The notes beneath the pieces were generated by a model. That model made no database searches. It was given only the letters and a program-made list of their open reading frames with translations, and was not told the DNA's origin. From Eledone cirrhosa (lineage: Eukaryota), in assembly GCA_964016885.1 (NCBI GenBank), contig OZ024749.1, positions 53,444,001 through 53,508,000 of the forward strand: DNA of 64,000 nucleotides, written 5' to 3'. Position 1 is the stretch's first letter, and every line of letters starts with the position of its first letter. Below are positions 27,794 to 41,545 of this stretch, in pieces. Both the position numbers and the translations under genes were made by a program.

Positions 27794-28375
27794 CTAAATA
27801 AAAGAAAATTTCGTTGGATTATACGCGTTGTGTTCTTTTAAGAATGGAGATTAGTAAATTTCTAATAGCATGTTCTGAAAAGAAATTGTTACCAAAATGT
27901 AGTAGATTTTCAGGAAATCAACTTTGTAAATACAAAATTGACTCAAGTGTAAATATATGATTAATTGCCGAGAAAGTAAAAGGTATTTGGGATTCCATTT
28001 CCTCACAATTAGAGCCATTGTGAATAGAAGTTAATTTACAATATAGCAAAAGACATGCGTCCAGCAATCTATAATGTATTATTTGATAGATATTTACAAA
28101 GAAAATCTAAGTACTGATAATATATATTAAACGTTAATTGAAATAACCTAAAAAAGCAACGATAATTAAAAAGAAACTACAGATTTACGAGAATTATTTT
28201 AAAGCGACCAACATTTTTACTACTACACAAGAACTTTTGATGCACGCGGATGTTGCCTAAAAGAAAATCATGGTATCGTGAGTGTTTTTATCATTGGTTT
28301 CAATGTTAAAATACTTTACAATAAATTATATATCTTAACATAAAGAAAATGAAAATAATGACAGATGCAACAAAC

Positions 28376-28426
28376 CTTTAAAAAGGCCCCGTTATTCCAG
28401 CATACTTCCACCGCAAGGTCCTCCAT
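28376..28426 (-). CDS. FMR1: FMR1/FXR-family protein, coding exon 1 (MEDLAVEVCWNNGAFLK)
   Basis: ATG at 28426; 51 nt then a GT donor; resembles human FMR1 N-terminus MEELVVEVRGSNGAFYK. Confidence 0.93.
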
Positions 28427-28730
28427 CTTTGTTTGATGATGCTTTCTGGGAAATATTTTGCGTATAACTTGTGTATAAATCCGGAAAAAAAAATCTTTTC
28501 CAAAAATGATAAAAACCACAATATTCAAATTACCCTGTATATTTTTCTGTTACTATCAATTACCTAAAATTATATAATTTAGTTTAAAAAATATATATAT
28601 ATATATATTGCTTGGTGACAATTCTCGTTCCAACGGATTGAAGCGTGACTATAGCAATATGGCAGCGTTTGTGTAGGCTGACTCAAGTATTACGGAGAGG
28701 AGTTAACTCTAATATTACGACATCTTCAAA
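28427..28730. promoter_or_regulatory. Bidirectional promoter / 5'UTR region shared by FMR1-like and WDR44
   Basis: 304 bp between divergent ATGs; local CpG enrichment; YY1-like CAATATGGCAGC at 28655-28666. Confidence 0.75.
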
Positions 28731-28798
28731 ATGTCGTCTGATAGTGAGTTGGACGAGTTTTATGATGCTGAAGATCATTCTCCGGAATTGAATAATGT
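28731..28798 (+). CDS. WDR44: WDR44 exon 1 (MSSDSELDEFYDAEDHSPELNN) with FFAT-like motif
   Basis: AAAATG start context; GTAAGT donor at 28799; similar to human WDR44 N-terminus MASESDTEEFYDAPED. Confidence 0.9.
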
Positions 28799-29450
28799 GT
28801 AAGTTTATTAATGATTTTTATTTATTTATTTATTGTAAATACCTTCTTCGAAATATTGTTGACCAAAAAGAAACAAAAGGAAACTATTCAACACTGAAAG
28901 AATAATTTTGTAGAAATGACGAAATATGTTTTCTGTTTTGAATACAATGAATCAACGATACTAGGTTTAAGTCTTCCAAAAGTATTATATAGATGTGTGT
29001 GTTTGTATATATATGGCTATAATTATCTAAATGATGACGAAGAAGAAACATTCTATGATTTATTTAATGTTGCTATTTGAGGCAACGCCCTCTCTTACAA
29101 TCTCTCAACCAGAAAAAATATTAAATACTAAGAAATTTCCTTTCATTAACATCAATAACAAATACCTTTAGAGAAACATTGCTACACTTTGATTTCACTT
29201 ATAACATTTAATGTCCTTTGGTCATACACTCACGTCCTTTTTTTTTTTTTTTTTAAAGAGATATAAAATATGTCGACATCTAAAGGATATATTTTAGCTA
29301 TGATTTCTTTTGTTTATAATTGTGTAATTAGTTTATATTCATGATTTAATCTCAGTGTAAATAAAAGTAAGCGACATAAAACATATAACGTAATTGAATT
29401 AAATTTACTGCATTAGTCAACTGTTTTTTTAATCTCACACGCACACACAC

Positions 29451-29491
<41 letters not shown>

Positions 29492-30479
29492 ATAGACAAT
29501 TATTTGTTCTATTTCAAATGATCGACTATATTTGCAAGTATTTTACGCTTATATATATATATATATGTGCGTGTGTTTGGGGAGGGTATTGTTTTGGCGT
29601 ACTGACCTGTATATCTACTATTATGATTTGTCATTGAATGCAGTTGTTCACAGGCCCAAACATAAAACCTACTAGATCACCTTTATCATCATATACCACA
29701 TTAGATCTAGCCTGTGTTGACTGTCAACTACACCAGTTTAATTATAACGGTTCTCATAGTAGATCTCTCAAATCGAAACTAAACCGTATATAGAGCCATG
29801 TACAATATATATATATATAATTGCTTCTATATTTGGCACAAGGTCAGCAATTTAAAGGGCTCCAGTGCGTTACTGGTACGTTATTTCATCGACATCATAA
29901 GGATGAAAGACAAAGCTAACCACGGCTGGATTTGAACTCAGAACATAAAGAGCTGTAACTATATGCCGCAATGCATGTTGTCCCATCCATGTTCTGCCGA
30001 TTGTGCCTATCCAATACCTTGATATAATTAGAGAACTAGCATCATTGTCATCATATTAGAATTAGAAAAAATCATAGATAATATCCTTATAACCTTAATT
30101 GGCTCTGTGACCAAATCAAAAACTCAATAGCTTTTGATTTCATTTCGATTATAGAAACTAAGGAGCCCTCCTGATATTTTCCATTTTGTAGATTAAACTT
30201 TGTTTTGTGTTTAAGTTTACCATGCTGGTCATGTTTCCCACCATGATGAACCTGCAGAGGAAACTGTTTCTCTGGTCACCAGATGCAAAGCACTGAATAG
30301 GATGTCGAAACATAACCATCAGGACTCCGTTGGCAAGGGGCACAGGCCTCATAGGATGTGATCTTCTTGCTATGATGAGAGATCAGGAAGTCTGCCACAA
30401 GAACTCTGTGCATGCTTCATCTTTGGTGGAGGGAAAACTCAAGAAGAGATGATGATGCTCCTTATATGGATACTTACAT

Positions 30480-31400
30480 AATTGTACTGAATTTAAGTAA
30501 AGGAACAACATCGCCAAACTGAGAATGCTGTTTACAACAGCTAAAGGAGGTGGTCACCAATTCAGAGACATTTACCACCACTACACTGCTGTTACAAGAA
30601 AAATTTTCAGAAAATCAAAGGATACCTTCATACATGACATGGCTAGCAAGTTCTCTGGCTTCCAAAATTACAACTGATATCGAGGGTCTGTATTAACTTT
30701 GCAACATCCTCTTGTCTGACACTTTTCTAACCAGATGGTTCAATAAAACTAAACACTCTTTTTTTTGTTTACTGTCTTCCCTACAACACAAGTGAGAAGA
30801 TTGTACTAGTCTTAATGGTGTCCTTTTTGCTGTTATATCACTATACTTCAGTTCTTGTTCCAATAATCAACCCAATACGGGAATCTTTCTTTCTCTCTAC
30901 TGGGATTTACCCCCTTCTATTGAAACATACAATTTCTCTACTGTGACAACTACTGCTCTGTCATATTCACTATCACCATCTCATTGTTTATAAGACAGTC
31001 ATAAACAACCAGTTTCTGTTAACCCTTTGAGTCTCTGACCTTCATCTAACCAGCAATCCAGCTTCTATAGAGCCATATCTAACACAAATGTTCTTCTCCT
31101 GTGTTGCACACCAATAGTCCCTTACCATTGATAACTTTGGTAAAAGCAGTATTGTTGCTTTTGATATCAACAAAGCCTTCAACTGTGTTTAACATGAAAA
31201 CTTATGTTTCCTGTCAGATCATTCAATTGCAGCATGTCAATGGCACTTTTTTGACTCCCAATCTATCAACTTCTGTGTAGCCTAATGTCTTCCTCTCTCT
31301 TCTATCTGTACGTAATGATAGATTTGTTAATTTTAACCATTTGTCGTCCTCTGCAGATAATACCAATCTTTATACCCTCTTAAGTTTTTATACACATACA
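30480..31400 (+). mobile_element. Highly decayed LINE RT remnant (similar remnants at about 20280-20590 + and 59760-59990 -)
   Basis: Remnant motifs AFDINKAF and SADNTNL; many stops. Confidence 0.45.
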
Positions 31401-31744
31401 TTAATTACATGCAATCTAGATGATTCATACATACACAATTCCATGAATATGGGTCATCATCATTTAATGTCCATTTTTCATGTTTGCATGGGTGTTGAAA
31501 ACATTATCCAATAGAGAACCACAGCTTCATCTTGTTGAACAGAATGAAACCTCAACTGTTACACATTTCAAAGAAATTCATGCAACAAACCCTACACTGT
31601 CCCTGTGACTAAACTAAATCCTCAAATTTGCTACAAATGCTAAACCTTACCGCTTCTCATTTCATATACTCACCTTACATAATAACATTGCTAAATCTGC
31701 ATTACAAAGATTATACCTTTATAACGAGAGCCAGAAAATGCTTA

Positions 31745-31951
31745 CCATATACACTCAAATATAAGCTATGGAACGTGACCAAAAAGATCGATGATAGAAG
31801 CTCGGCTTATATTTGGGGTCGATATTTTGATGATTTTCACCAACTTCAAATTCTACGTAAATAGGGTTTGAATTTTTGCCCATTTTTTTTTCAGACATAA
31901 AATAGTGGGGTCAGCTTAAATTCATATTGACTTATATTCAAGTAAATACGG
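31745..31951. mobile_element. Tc1/mariner-superfamily MITE; second copy in opposite orientation at about 39927-40129
   Basis: TA|CCATATACACTCAAATATAAG ... CTTATATTCAAGTAAATACGG|TA; internal sequence shared by both copies. Confidence 0.8.
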
Positions 31952-33628
31952 TAATTCTTGATATGTTACTTTCTATAAATCCTCAACATTACATCCCCTT
32001 TCCACACTAGCATGGGTTTGATAGGTTGTCATGGTCCAAAGCCAGGCAGGTCAGAGTGACCAGTTTTGTTTGTTACTTTGCTATTTTGGCATGGCTTTTA
32101 CAGCTGGATACCTTTCCTAACACCAACCACTTTACAAGGTGTGCTAGGTGCATTTTTCATGACACCAGCACTTCTGTTTTACAGACTAGACTGGGGGCAT
32201 TTTGTTATGGTACCAACACTAATACATTAGTGTATTGGGTGCATTTTATTGTGGCAATAGCACTAGAGAGGTCATATGTAAGACTCTTATTAAAACTCTT
32301 CTTACTTAGCACCATACTACTGCCACTATAGATCACATACAGGGTTTTCTTCTTTCAGTTCTTCTATTATTACTAAACTCTATACACAGAACTACAAACC
32401 TTTGGAATTTTTTCCCTGTTCATATTTTCCCTACATATTGAGGTGAAACTGGTGTATAGTATTTATATAGTGGGAGTGAGATTAAACTATGGCTTAAATA
32501 GACTAAGATCTTTGGTTTAGATGGTTCCTGAAATATATTTTGAGAAAGTTGTACAGATAAACCTTATATATCTTGGAAAGGTAGTATAGGTAAACTTTCT
32601 ACATTTTAAAACGACTGAAATAACTTCGACTGAACTAACTTCTTTGGTGATGATTAAGTGAAATTTACCATGCCATTTATTTTTCTGAGAATTAATTTCT
32701 GAAAGACATCACTTTTTATAATCTTTCATTTGTTCAAAGCAAACAGTAGGGATCAAGAAGAGTATATTGAGTGTGAAAAATCAGTTCCATTGCTGTGGGC
32801 CTTATACAGATTTATCTGAAAAAAACCACTACTATAGATATATGCTTTTCTAAAATTGAACTTCTAGTTGATGTGTTTAAATTTAGTTCACTTCAGTGTG
32901 AGTGCAAGTGTTTCTTTTATGCATGTTCATGCATGTTGTGTGTGTGTGTGTGCATGCATGTGTGTACATGTAGGCACATATTTAATTTGAAAAATAAAAG
33001 CGCATTGTTGGTGGGCATTGCTGACTCTGTCACACACACTACTACTAAAGAATATTTACATGTATCAGCATGCACATTCCTTTGTCTGTATCTTGTTAAT
33101 TAATTGATAATTTGGTATCTATTATAAGATAAACTAGTGTAGTAGTGCCATTAATAATTGTTTCTACTTTTGGCACAAGGCCAGCAATTACTCAGTGCAT
33201 TACTGGTACTTTATTTTATCGACCCTGTAAGGATGAAAGGCAAAGTTAACCTCGATAGCAGTGCCATTAATAATGATGGCAATAGCATTCAGTCCAGGAT
33301 TAGTATACCTTATATACCAGGATTATTAGATATATGAACACTCATACAAACTGGGAAATTTGTATTGTTTATGTTGAATATTGACATGTGGAAATGAGTC
33401 AAGATACAAATGATATTTTAATAATATATTTCTAGGATATAATTACATAAATGATCAGCATGCTAGTATGACGCCGGATTAAATGTATGAGTAACTTTGG
33501 AGAAATAACTGTTTACAGGAACAAGTATAGGGGTTAGAACCCAGGACCTTGTGATGGGAAAGTGAACTTATTGTAGCAACACCACTAAGATGTATTGTGT
33601 TTAAATTTCAAAGAGTCACAGATGAGTA

Positions 33629-33672
<44 letters not shown>

Positions 33673-33900
33673 TATATATGCACAGATACAGACAGAGATA
33701 GAGAGATGAACTTGGTGTATTTTTAGGGTTGGTGAGTTGATATCCCGCCAAGGTTAACTTTGCCTTTCATCCTTACGGGGACGATAAAATAAAGTACCAG
33801 TAATGTACTGGGATAATTGCTGGCCTTGTGCTAAAAATAGAAACAATTATTATGGTTGATGAGACCTGTATCATTTTGCCAAATGATCCACTGCTAATTA

Positions 33901-34622
33901 TCTATATATATAAAACTGAGGATGTCTGTCTGTGAGTTTGAATCCCTAAAACTCGAGAACCACCCAAACTTTACACATGTAATAATTATGTTTCAGGAAG
34001 TGTTCTGAGCAAAAAAATTTTCAAATTTTCAATGTCCTTTCAATGCATTAGGCGATTTAGCGATCTTTCTCTATAATTCTTAGACTTTACATGTGTATTA
34101 CTTGTTTCAGGGAGGGTTATGCACATAAAAAAATTCAACTTTTTGATCTCCTAGGGCCCGCATTAGGTGAAAAACTGTGTTTTTAAAGCTTTTTAGGGGT
34201 GTTTTGAGGCGTTACGTCGGACCGATTTCCTTGAAATTGTAACTATGTATTAGTAAGTCTCTTCTTCATACCGTGAGCAAAGAAAATCCAACTTTTTTAT
34301 GGCCTAGGGCCCGCATTAGGTGAATAACTTCATTTTTTTCAGCTTTTTAGGGCTTTTTGGAGGCCGATTTTCCTCGAAATTTCAAGGCATATTATGCACA
34401 TAAAAAAAATTCATTTTCTTGATCCCCTAGGGCCTGCATTAGGTGAAAACCTGTATTTTTCCTGCTTCATCGAGGAAAATCTTAAAGATTATCCAGCCAT
34501 CAGAGTATTCAATTTATTTTCTTTGCATATTGTCCAGGCATGCAGTTTTTCCATGATTAGGCCTGTTGGCGGCCCGCCTTCCAAAATACCTTATCCCGTG
34601 CAACGCCGGGTACCACTGCTAG
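33901..34622 (+). mobile_element. Non-autonomous Helitron
   Basis: A|TCTATATATATAAAA 5' end; CTAG|T 3' end; subterminal hairpin CCCG-TGCAACGC-CGGG at 34595-34610; no TSD; internal repeats of CTAGGGCCYGCATTAGGTGAA. Confidence 0.88.
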
Positions 34623-35448
34623 TCTCTTCTATAATTCTTTACCTACTACTTTTATATTAGTGTACTTCTACCATCTAAAATGATGAGTTTTATTAAATAT
34701 AGAGAATAATCCATTTATTTTAAAATAATGAATCAGACAATTGATAAATATTTTACCTAAAGACTTTGAACTTTGTATTTAATTGTAAAATATTACACTT
34801 TCATATCGGCCAAACTACTGGGACCAATAATTTGCAAATGGGATTGTGAATGTCACTCTGAAAATATCTCACAACACAATTGATAATTGAACCATCAAAA
34901 TTGACAGATTTTTTATTCCTAACAAGGGGCAAAAATTTAATTAAAAATGATAATATATTTACAAAAATATTCCAATATTATTTTCAAATCATTGAAAGAT
35001 TGTTTCCTATTTTACTAACTTGTATAATACTTGTGTCAACGTTCACCCAGGTTGAGTTGAGGCTGTTCCAAATAGTGCTACATCCACTGCATTACAAACA
35101 GAAACTGCCCATGCACAGCAATCACAGATGCCCAATGCAGATATTGTTAGCCAGTCATGATTCCAATGGAGGACACCATAAATGCAAGGACCAGATATTC
35201 AACAGAATAAGACCAGAAAGAAGAGGAGGCTCAGAGAAGAACAGATAGTCATTGTGAAGGTCACAGTGTGTGTAACAAAAGAGCTTTGACAATAACCAAT
35301 AATAATAAAACTGAAGTGAAAATGAAATAGTGCATATGTTTTTATTGGCAATATGACCATCCCCAAATATTACAATCTATTTCAAATCACTGTTTCACAT
35401 AACAAATCTTGCAAAACAAATTCATAAATGTATACATATATATATATG

Positions 35449-35597
35449 TAGAAGTTATATTTAATTTGTTGGGATACAACAAGCAAATATTTTTATAACT
35501 GATATAAAGCACTCAACAAATTTTTGGAGTAAAAATACAATATATTAACAAATGGAAACTATGGTTATATAAATATAGTTTCCATTTGTTAATATAT

Positions 35598-35600
<3 letters not shown>
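35449..35600. mobile_element. Fold-back element D: 26 bp arms (35537-35562 / 35575-35600) plus tail, within (TA)n
   Basis: Perfect inverted repeat; tail AGCACTCAAC...GGAGT shared with elements A and B. Confidence 0.7.
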
Positions 35601-35628
<28 letters not shown>

Positions 35629-35654
35629 GACTCGCCCATAGTTTATTGACGTAT

Positions 35655-36028
35655 GGAGGCACATGGCTTAGTGGTTATGCTTGCAATCGAAAGGTTGTGA
35701 GTTCAATTCTCAGACCGAGTGATGTTGTCCTTGAGCAAGACACTTTATTTCACATTGCTCCAGTTTACTCAGCTGTAGAAATGAGATGATAGGACTGGGG
35801 TCCCTATCATTCCACTGCAAAGTGGTTGTGGAGGTGCCACGGCAAAAAAGCACCCAACCCACACTGTAAAGTGGACGTGTAGGTGCCATGGAAAAAAAGC
35901 ACCCACCACTCACTGTAAATGAGGTTGGTGTTAGGAAGGGCATCCAGCTGTAGAAATCAAGCCAGAATCGGTTCCTGTCCCACCCTTGCAAACAGGGAAA
36001 AGCGGACGTAAAATGATGATGATGATGA
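35655..36028 (+). mobile_element. tRNA-derived SINE with RTE-derived 3' tail
   Basis: A box TGGCTTAGTGG, B box GAGTTCAATTC, central CCTTGAGCAAGACACTTT, 3' end matching RTE subfamily A (GGGAAAAGCGGACGTAAAATGATGATG). Confidence 0.85.
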
Positions 36029-38136
36029 GAGTTCAACAATCTTTTCTGTTCAATTCTTTATGGTTATGTCTTAAATGGCACTTTAAGAACTGTCCAACCC
36101 ATGCAAGTGTGAAAAATAGATATTAAATCATCATCATTGTCGTTTTTACATGATATTAAAATTGTTTGTTTTATAACTTTTATTAAAATGCTTCGTATTA
36201 TAGCAGTTTATTGAAACAAAGTAAATTTTACTTGATTGGATGTTCATGGCTGGATTATCTTTGTGTTATTTTCTATTATAAGATTGTTTTATATAAACGT
36301 CACTTTCCTTGTAGCAGAGAATATACACAAATTAAAGTTTTTCCGCGATTTCCATTTTGGTTTTTCATTTTACTTTTAATATGTTAGGAAATTAAGACAC
36401 AATTCAAAGATTTACATGTAGTTATTATTCCAGACATTCTTTTATCACAAGTGCTATGAAAATTTCCAATTTTACAATGTTATCTATCAGTATTTGAATC
36501 TTGCTTAAAGCAGTATGAAGCTAAAATCTTGCTCCAACCCAATCTCATTTTCATTCTTTGGTTTATTCATGTTTTCGTTGTTTGCTAGGATAATGTAATA
36601 AACACCTACATCATCCTGCCATTCACTTTCTCTTGTTGAACTGCCTCCTACTTCCACATTATCTCTTTAGCGTGACGGCAAACAAAAACACTGAACTCAT
36701 TATTTGTGGATAGTTTTTTTCCTCTCATTTATCTCTTTTATTCACTGGCATCTCTTAGTATTGTCCTCAATGAGGACAAATATTTCTCAATCAATTCTAA
36801 ACACTACAGAATCTTCCCAGCACCAAATATTGTCAAAATCTCTTTTCTCTGTATTTCTTATTAGAAAAATCTCACTAATATAGACATTCTGTTTTAGCTT
36901 CCCTGTCGCATCATTTTTTTTTTTTTTTTTTCTAGTTTTTTTTTGTCCATTATTTATAAGCTTATCTCTTATAAATTTATCAACTCCAATATATAACCAC
37001 CATGTTAGCTGTTGATTATCTTAGTCTCTGGTCAATGTCCTATTATCCTCTGTATTTGTTATTATTAGAGACGTCTCTGTCAACATAGCATGTGTTATTG
37101 TTGTGTTGAAACAAATCTTCAGTTATTTTTCAGCATTCATACCTACTTTCTAATTGTTTCTTCTCACTAACTTTCTTTTTTTTTTTTCATTTTTTTTTTT
37201 CATTTTTTTTTTCATTTTTTTTTTTTTCTTTTCAATTTTCTTTTATTTTACAATTTACAAGAATTTTTATAATAATGGTATGGTGAAAGTGGTTGTTGTT
37301 CAGTATGCAAGCTGATATCTGTTAGGAAATTGTGCATAAGAAAGCAGTGTTTAAAGCGTAAAGGTTTGGATGTGAAGTATTTACCTTCCCCAAAAATTGT
37401 TGGCCTTGTGCCTATAGTATAAACTATTATCTATTTACTTTCCTATTGAGATTACCTAGGTCTTCATTTTAGAGTTATTACCTATTCAACGGGGCTTATA
37501 CATTTGATATCTAAGTTGAGGGAGAAGTTTTAATCATAATATGCTCATGGCACTTGTGTTGCCATAGTAACCTGTAATACTAGTAACAAATGAGAAAGTT
37601 GGTTGGATTATGATCTTTGATGTTATTAATAGTAATGGAAAGGGTTGGATTTATGCTGTGAGTAAAAATTAAAATTTTTGTTTATAAAGTGTTTAATGTC
37701 AGCAAGAGTGAGAAATGTTGGTTTCACACATTACCTGCATTGTTTTAAGGCTAAAGACATGAACACCTAAAAATAAACAAAATAATTGTTTATTTTTCTA
37801 TATGTTGACAAGCAGAGAATTGGCAGTCATTAGAACATTGGATAGAATGCTTTGTGGCATTCATTCTGGCTCGCTGCTCTCTTAGTCCAAATCCTGCCAA
37901 GGTCAACTTTGCTTTTCATCATTCGAGGTCAATAAAAAAAATTACCAGTCTAGTACTAGGGTCGATTCTTCCTCTCTCTTACTTTCTATACTTCTGGAAA
38001 AAAATGTGCTGTGTTCAGACATGGAGAGGGATGGGCTCTGTTAAGCTTTAAAATGCCCAAGAAATGCTGTAATCCATTATGGTGCACCTACAACTCCATC
38101 AATTTTAATACTTTATTTTTTGGTTTCAATTTTCAG

Positions 38137-38170
38137 AATGCTTGAGTCAGTTGATGTACAAAAACAAGAT
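38137..38170 (+). CDS. WDR44: WDR44 putative micro-exon 2 (MLESVDVQKQD)
   Basis: Polypyrimidine tract + CAG acceptor, GTAAGT donor; 34 nt fits phase 2->0; no homology support. Confidence 0.7.
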
Positions 38171-39113
38171 GTAAGTATCTTTTGAAAATATTTGATGTGT
38201 GAAAAACTATATTTCATTTTGAGTACTACTGTCACAATATTCTAAATGAGACATCTGAGCAACATCAATACTAATTTAACGATAGTGCATTAATATATTT
38301 TGAAAATTTTTTTTGTGGGGAAGGGTTGATCTGGCCAAAACATTTGATAAAGTTTGATAGATGACAGTGGTCACACTGTTGATATTTCACCATGACTACC
38401 ATTATTTTTCCAAACTCAAGAAAGCATTTAAGTATGTTTGAAAGCAGAGGCAACAAGAGAGGAGTTCCAGCTAGATCTTGTCAACAAAATCTCCATATGA
38501 TTTAAGTACACAATAAGTTTCCAATATCCATAGTTATGTATCATAGAACCAGGGGCAGTTTCAGGTTGTTTGGTATAAAAACAGTTAAAATAAACAGTTT
38601 TGTATCATAGAACCAACTAGAAGCAGTTTCAACCAGTTTGGTATCAAAATGATTCAAATCAAAGAAGATTACTGCTTGAAAACATTTCAGCAACACATCT
38701 AACCTAACTCAATTAATTGAGCAGGAACTGGAATGTATTCCTGCTAGTGATACAGGCATTTATGTCTTTCTAAACTATTGTATTTGTCATCATGCTGCTA
38801 CTACTATTGTCATTATTTTGATTAATTATAAATTATATTAACATTTATCAAGATAAATGTTATAAATTGTCTTAATGTGCATTGTTTTTGTTGTTGTTTT
38901 TTTGTCTTATATCATAATTTATAATGGATATATTTTTTTTTTTTTTCCCCATATTTTTATTTTTTTATTTTTCATTTTCATTTGTTTTTTTATATTTTGG
39001 GGGGGTTTTTTTCACATAAAACATTTATTTGTATTGTATTTGTTATGTTCAGGTCTATTTTTAAAGATTGTATTTATTTATTTTTTTTAATTATTTTTTT
39101 TTTTTGCTATTAG

Positions 39114-39181
39114 GGAACACCTACAACTGAGGTTGAAAGCTCATCACAGATATTACCGGCAGAAAGTTCCACTTTTGAGAG
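39114..39181 (+). CDS. WDR44: WDR44 putative exon 3 (GTPTTEVESSSQILPAESSTFE)
   Basis: Long T tract + TAG acceptor, AG|GTTCGT donor; phase 0->2 fits both neighbours. Confidence 0.65.
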
Positions 39182-40311
39182 GTTCGTTAACTTCACATAT
39201 TTTAGATGAATTTTATAATGGTTCTCTATTATTTTTTTTTTATTTTTTTTTTAAAATGATTTCTACTTTAGGCGCAAGGCTAGTAATTTTAAGAGAAATA
39301 AGTCGAATACACTGGACCTATTATGTAATTGGTACTTTATTTTATAGACCTTGAAAAGATGAAAGGCAAAGTTGACCTAGACAGTATTTGAACTCTGAAT
39401 GTAGAGAGCCAGAACAAACACCACAAAGCATTTTATCCAATGACCTATCAATTCTGTACAGTATATCTAAGATTAATTAATCTATGTTAATGTGAGAACT
39501 ACAAAGCATGGATGAACTGAGGGAGAAACTAGGTATAAGAGGTATCAGAAGTAGTGTGTAGGAGAGGAAATTGTGTTGGTATGGACATGTGATGTGCATG
39601 GATGGTGATCACTGGGTGAAGGAAGCCACAGTAGAGGAAGACCAAGGGGAAACCTGATAGAAGTGGTGAGAGCTGATCTCAGATTGCTAAAGCTCATGGA
39701 GGAGATGTAAAAGGAATATGACAAGTGGAGAGATGCTGTACTGAGAAGGACCCATCCAACCCATGCAAGCATGGAACAATGAGCATATGATGATTTTGAG
39801 CTGTATCTTATATTGGTTTCAATGTTAAACATTCACTTGATTAAGTGAACTATCTACACATCATAGTGGCTGAGTATTCCACAGACACTCATTCTATATA
39901 ATGAAAATTATAGTGTCAGTGCTCAGGTGCATATACTCGAATATAAGCTGACCTCCCCCCTTCCTATTTTATGTCTAAGAAACGGGCAAAACTTCAAACC
40001 CTATTTATAAGCTGAGGCAGCTAATCAACACATTGTTTAGATGGTGTATATAAGCCCCACCACCACCACCACTTCATTCTACCATTGATTTTTGGGGGTC
40101 ACATATTCCTTATATTTGAGCATGTACGGTAATTCTAAACATACTGTAAGAGTGGTTGACATTAGGAAGGGCAACCAGCCATAGCAAACGAAATGAAAAC
40201 AAACCAAAATTAGATGTGGTCACGCCTGACCGTCAGGCCTCATAATATGACAGCTCGTCTAACCCCATATCAAGCATGGCATGGAAAATAGATGTTAAAC
40301 AGCAAGTAAAT

Positions 40312-40495
40312 AATTGTTTCTACTTTTTGGCACAAGGCCAGCAATTATCCAGTGCATTACTGGTACTTTATTTTATCGACCCCGTAAGGATGAAAGGCAA
40401 AGTTAACCTCGGCGGGATTTGAACTCAGAATGGCAAAGACCGTAACTCTATGCGTCAAAGCATGGCGTCCGACCCTCTACCGATACTGCCAATCC
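40312..40495 (-). mobile_element. Representative of the most abundant SINE family (more than 15 copies, e.g. about 4910, 7490, 12690, 15600, 17950, 20600, 22270, 25895, 29820, 33155, 33745, 37820, 39260, 53480, 54490)
   Basis: tRNA B box GAGTTCAAATCC followed by GCCTTTCATCCTTACGGGGTCGATAAAATAAAGTACCAG (MetaSINE-like core, from memory). Confidence 0.85.
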
Positions 40496-40771
40496 TAATA
40501 GTAAGTTTTTGTGTTGTATTGAAATAGCAGACCACTGTTTACACAAGTTAAAAGATATTTTAGCTGAAGTAATGAAAATTTATTTCAAATATTATAGGTA
40601 AATCTGTAGTAGAAAGTATATCATATTTATATCCTGTTTGGTGTTTGTTCATTTGTTTTTATCTTGTTACTAGTAAGATGACTCACTGAAACATTTACTA
40701 TAAAAACCAGGAAGAAACATTGTGTGTGTGTTTTATTTACATGTTTTCTTTTTTGTAAGTTTGTGTACGTA

Positions 40772-40804
<33 letters not shown>

Positions 40805-41069
40805 AACTAATATATTCATTGAACTGTGTCGTTTGCTTTGTTATTTCTGTTTGCCTTTTGCATATATATATATATATGCACACACATATATTGGTTGTTG
40901 TTTAGCTGCTGGTTGACCCTAATTGCACAGATCTATGATCAAAACAGTTAGCAAACACAACACAGTACATTGCTGAATAAATAACATATATATATATATG
41001 AAAGACGACAGCTGTATAAAGTGCAGGGCGATCCAAATTGACGGAAGTTACGGAGTAGGCAGACCCAGC

Positions 41070-41545
41070 GACCTTACACCTCTCCAAGACAATGTCACTG
41101 GACCGAGATCTTTGGCGTGACGCAGTAATACAGAAAACCCGCCTTGCCTAAGTACAAAGCGAAACCTACAGTCAGTAGGCACCTCTTAACCAAATATACA
41201 CCCCCATACCACTACCCCCACCCCACATCCACCCCCATCAACACCACCCCTTTCTCTGTAAAGTTATGTTGGTACCACAACATCCAGTCCTAAATAAATG
41301 AGGTCGTGTAGGTGTCACAACAAAAAAATACATAGTCCACGCTGTAATGTGGCCGTGTAGGTAACACGGTAAAAACCTCCCAGTCCACACTGTAAATGTG
41401 GTTGGTGTTAGGAAGGGCATCCAGCCGTAGAAAACCTGCCAGACAGTCCTATACGAGCAAGACAACCAATCTTGCCTCACGTGGGACAATTCCCGTCTAA
41501 ACCCATGCTAGTGTAGAAGATAGACGTTAAACGATGATGATGATA
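41070..41545 (+). mobile_element. RTE LINE 3' fragment (subfamily C)
   Basis: Reverse-complement match to 49981-50390; (GAT)n tail. Confidence 0.9.

Noticed and set aside
28316-28528. N-terminally extended FMR1 from the 70 aa ORF
   Set aside because: Upstream start is non-ATG; homology begins at MEDL and ends at the splice donor
28427-28730. CGG repeat as in human FMR1 5'UTR
   Set aside because: None present; region is AT-rich with a short (TA)n only
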